From Candidatus Chazhemtobacterium aquaticus (GTDB lineage Bacteria; Patescibacteriota; Microgenomatia; UBA1400; Chazhemtobacteraceae): 64,000 nucleotides of DNA. Every line of letters begins with the position of its first letter. Positions within the stretch are counted from its first letter, which is position 1. Made by a program: the position numbers and the translations under genes. The notes beneath the pieces are model-generated. The model was not told the origin of the DNA. It did no database searches and was given only the letters and a program-made list of their open reading frames with translations. Location: assembly GCF_009936135.1 (NCBI RefSeq), contig NZ_CP047901.1:280984-344983 (forward strand). Direction: 5' to 3'. Shown here one piece after another: positions 60,793 to 64,000 of the stretch.

Positions 60793-62278
60793 CTCCACCG
60801 ATTTCTTTCACTCTCTTTGTTAAATACTCCTGATTGTTTTTGCTGGTATCCTCAATTACCTCCTCAAACAAGCTATTCATAATCTCACCTACCTTTGGTC
60901 CAGGGCTAATTCCTAGTATTCTCATCACCACATTGCCATCAATCACCAAATCAGATACCGTCATTGGTTCATACAACTGTTCTCCCACTCTCTTCTGTAA
61001 CTCTTGTAATCGCCAACTAGTCGTCTTACTACCCCCACCCTTACGATCCCCAATCCGCAGCAAAATAATGTCATTAATATTTTCCTTTCCTACTCTGCGA
61101 ATAAATCTTCTGATAGCCGCATCCGTCATCTCCGGACTATAAGCAAACATATGCCACCTCACTAGTGTTACTAGCCTCTCTCTTTCTTTTTTAGAAAACC
61201 TAAGTCTATCGGCAATTGTCTCTACCATTCTTGCCCCTACCACTTCATGCCCATAAAAAGTTCCTGCTTCATGTTCCGTTTGCACCTTGCCACATCTAGG
61301 ACATTTATACATCGTTGTTTTTGCCGTCTCCCCCTTCTCTTCCAAATTCTCACTCTTCATCACCCAACCACATCCTAAGCACCTCAGTCGCCTCGTCCTC
61401 GGCTTGCCAATATCATGAAGCAAGGTAGCCAGTCTCACTATCGGATCAGGGCTAGGACAGCTTCTCAAGGCCTCTAGCATATGATTGTAAACATCTAGTG
61501 TGTGATGACCAGTTTGTGGCACCCCTCTGGTCTCCAGCATCTCCGGGATGATGTGCTCCATCAACCCGAAACTTACTAGCAGATGAACCCCTTCAGCTGG
61601 ATGATCACTTTTAAGAATTTTCACCAACTCATCCCTGACTCTTTCTCTGCTAATCTCGGCAAGCAGATTAGCGTTTTTTACAACCCCAGCAAACGTTTTT
61701 TCTTCTATCTGGAACGACAACTGAGCTGCAAAACGAACCGCTCTCATCATTCTCAAAGCATCCTCTGCAAATCTCTCCTCAGCCTTTCCAACCGCTTTGA
61801 CCAACCTGTTCTCAAAATCTTTCAATCCTCCCAAATAATCAAGTAATTCATACCCACTTCCTTCCTTTTTTGGGCCAACCACTACCGAATTCATAGTGAA
61901 ATCTCTCCGGCGAACATCCTCCTCCAGGCTCTTCCCCCATTTAACCTCATCTGGTCTGCGTCGGTCAGTGTAGCCTCTCTCGGTTCGGTAGGGAGTAATC
62001 TCATATATCTCCTTTCTTTTTCTCTCAAATGCTACTCCAACCGTTCCATAATCATTGTCGTAAAAAGTATCCAACCCCTCCAAAACCTTAAGTATCTCTT
62101 CTGGGGTAGCACTGGTCGTAAAGTCACAATCCACCGGCTCCTTGCCAATCAACATCAACCTAACTCCTGCCCCAACCATATAGATCTCATAACCTTCCTT
62201 GTTAAACAACTCAAAAACCAGCCTCACTTCTCTAGGCAACAGTCTCTCTTCATCTTTACTCAAATCTCTTTTTACCAT
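60740..62278 (-). CDS. cca: Class II CCA-adding/poly(A)-polymerase-family nucleotidyltransferase with HD domain and Zn-ribbon insertion
   Basis: VGAGVR, DCDFTT, RRDFTMN, EDALRMMRAVRF, SRERVRDE, LLHDIGKP, FYGHE..GA. Confidence 0.9.
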   Translation of the reverse strand: MVKRDLSKDEERLLPREVRLVFELFNKEGYEIYMVGAGVRLMLIGKEPVDCDFTTSATPEEILKVLEGLDTFYDNDYGTVGVAFERKRKEIYEITPYRTERGYTDRRRPDEVKWGKSLEEDVRRRDFTMNSVVVGPKKEGSGYELLDYLGGLKDFENRLVKAVGKAEERFAEDALRMMRAVRFAAQLSFQIEEKTFAGVVKNANLLAEISRERVRDELVKILKSDHPAEGVHLLVSFGLMEHIIPEMLETRGVPQTGHHTLDVYNHMLEALRSCPSPDPIVRLATLLHDIGKPRTRRLRCLGCGWVMKSENLEEKGETAKTTMYKCPRCGKVQTEHEAGTFYGHEVVGARMVETIADRLRFSKKERERLVTLVRWHMFAYSPEMTDAAIRRFIRRVGKENINDIILLRIGDRKGGGSKTTSWRLQELQKRVGEQLYEPMTVSDLVIDGNVVMRILGISPGPKVGEIMNSLFEEVIEDTSKNNQEYLTKRVKEIGGVIADGYSGGGSDRESKD

Positions 62279-62375
62279 ATCGGTATTATATCTCCATCAT
62301 CTCCCAAGGCCCACTCGTATATAACTATCAAATCCAATACCCCCCCATTCTTCCCTCGTCTATAATCTCCTTACC

Positions 62376-64000
62376 ATGCGCTGGCAAATTAAATCCACCT
62401 TCCAAGCAGACACACCAACCAACCAGTCTCAACATGTTGTCAAACATCTTCTTAATCAACGCGGTTTCAAAACCACTTCTCAACAACAAGAATTTCTAAA
62501 TCCACTAGAACCATCTCTCAAAACTGCCCTTGCCCAACTCCCCGATCTTGATCAAACTCAACTAAACAAAGCCCATGCTCGAATCAGTAAGGCCATTAAT
62601 TCTCACCAGCCCATCATCATCTATGGCGACTACGACTGTGACGGTATCTCCGCCGCCACCATTCTCTGGACTGCCCTTCATCAATCCGGAGCCATCGTCA
62701 AACCATTTATTCCCCACCGTGTTCATCACGGCTACGGCCTTTCTTCAAACGGAGTTACTGATGCACTCTCACTCTTCCCCAACAAACAACCCCTTATCAT
62801 CACCGTCGACAATGGCATCTCAGCCATTAAAGAAGCCCAAAAACTCAAAAAAATGGGTCTCGACCTTATCATCACCGATCACCACACCCCCCCTGACATT
62901 CTCCCACCTGCTCATAGTATCGTTCACACTACCCATCTCTCCGGTAGCGGAGTTGCTTGGCTTATAGCCTCTCTCTTTAATCCCCATCCTCTCACGGAAT
63001 TTGCCGCTCTTGGCACTGTTTGTGACCTACTCCCCTTAACTGGATTTAACCGATCTTTAGTCAAACACGGACTGGAACATATTAAAAACACCAGCAACCC
63101 CGGACTTCTCGCCCTCTACCAAGCCGCGGGAATTGCCGATACTGCGCAAATCTCCACCTACCACCTCGGCTATATCCTAGGTCCTCGTATCAACGCTGTT
63201 GGTCGTCTAAGCCACGCCCTAGACGCCTTAAGACTTTTCTGTACTACTAATCAAACCACTGCCCAGTCTCTTGCCCACCACCTCTCAAACCTCAATTATC
63301 AGCGCCAAGACCTCACTCAAGATCATGCAACCATGGCCATCAATCATTTTAAGAGTCTCTCGACTCTGCCCAATATTCTTGTCTTTCATCACCCTGACTT
63401 CCATGAGGGTATTATTGGCCTAGTCGCCTCCCGACTTACCGATCATTTTCACCGACCCTCAATCATTATAAGTTCTGCCGATAATGTACTTAAAGCCTCT
63501 GCTCGATCTGTCCCTGGTATCAACATTACTCAACTCATCTCCCAAACAAGTCACTTGCTCACCAATTACGGAGGCCATCACCAAGCTGCCGGTTTCTCCG
63601 CCTCTCCTGACCATCTCCAAGATATTCACGACTCGTTAACCAAGCTGGGTGACAGTCTTGATCCTAAGCTTTTAGTAAAAACTCTTGATATCGACCTTCA
63701 GCTTGACCCAAGCCTTCTAAGTCTCGATCTCTTTGACCAGCTCTCCCATCTCGAGCCCTTTGGTATCGCTAATCCTCAACCCATTTTTGCCTCCTCACTG
63801 CCCGTCAAATCACATTCGTTAATTGGTAAGACCATGACCCACCTCAAGGTTCAGCCAGAACAACCCTTTACCCATCTTGATGTAATTGGCTTCAACCTCG
63901 CCTCCCGTCGTCACAAGCTTTCTAATCACTCAAGCTTCGCCTTTACCCTCAACAAGAATCATTTTCGGGGTAAAACATCACTCCAACTTCTTGTAAAAGA
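62376..64000 (+). CDS. recJ: Single-stranded-DNA exonuclease RecJ (runs off the window)
   Basis: Hand translation from ATG 62376: GDYDCDG, HGYGL, TVDNG, ITDHH, GPRINAVGRL, HEGIIGLVAS, GGHHQAAG, EPFG..NP. Confidence 0.95.
   Translation, partial: MRWQIKSTFQADTPTNQSQHVVKHLLNQRGFKTTSQQQEFLNPLEPSLKTALAQLPDLDQTQLNKAHARISKAINSHQPIIIYGDYDCDGISAATILWTALHQSGAIVKPFIPHRVHHGYGLSSNGVTDALSLFPNKQPLIITVDNGISAIKEAQKLKKMGLDLIITDHHTPPDILPPAHSIVHTTHLSGSGVAWLIASLFNPHPLTEFAALGTVCDLLPLTGFNRSLVKHGLEHIKNTSNPGLLALYQAAGIADTAQISTYHLGYILGPRINAVGRLSHALDALRLFCTTNQTTAQSLAHHLSNLNYQRQDLTQDHATMAINHFKSLSTLPNILVFHHPDFHEGIIGLVASRLTDHFHRPSIIISSADNVLKASARSVPGINITQLISQTSHLLTNYGGHHQAAGFSASPDHLQDIHDSLTKLGDSLDPKLLVKTLDIDLQLDPSLLSLDLFDQLSHLEPFGIANPQPIFASSLPVKSHSLIGKTMTHLKVQPEQPFTHLDVIGFNLASRRHKLSNHSSFAFTLNKNHFRGKTSLQLLVK

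Noticed and set aside
62575-62967. 130-aa ORF on +
   Set aside because: Alternative frame inside recJ, which the track missed because it has no stop in the window

Overview
Core-genome window of a reduced bacterium. Gene content points to Patescibacteria/CPR, most likely Microgenomates (inference): no rpmD/uL30 between rpsE and rplO, a short AlaRS, and a stripped infB-rpsO-pnp region. Almost all genes lie on the + strand. In order: end of infB, a degenerate DHH protein, rpsO, pnp, a protease-less Lon-type AAA+ protein, rnj, ftsK, a rodZ-like gene, alaS, a large membrane protein plus a sortase, ruvX, mltG, rpoBC, the str/S10/spc/alpha ribosomal clusters, tRNA-Pro(GGG), recA-recX-rny, hup, miaB-miaA, RNase P RNA, uppP, secDF, a CCA-adding enzyme and the start of recJ. 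I found no CRISPR array, transposase, integrase or prophage. The best novelty candidate is a 324-bp non-coding element at the tRNA-Pro 3' end. It is flanked by an 8-bp direct repeat of the tRNA end and folds by eye into a four-way junction plus hairpins, three with identical C(TGAC)G loops. Other highlights: a terminator/antiterminator switch between rpsJ and rplC; an antisense mini-gene splitting rpsG from fusA; structured leaders on pnp, rny, rpoB and fusA against a largely leaderless, Shine-Dalgarno-poor background; a divergent RNA polymerase (rifampicin pocket, bridge helix, trigger loop); an anchor-less RNase Y; a Zn-ribbon insertion in the CCA enzyme; and ribosomal operons on the C-rich strand. 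All family calls come from motif recognition by eye; no searches or folding programs were run.
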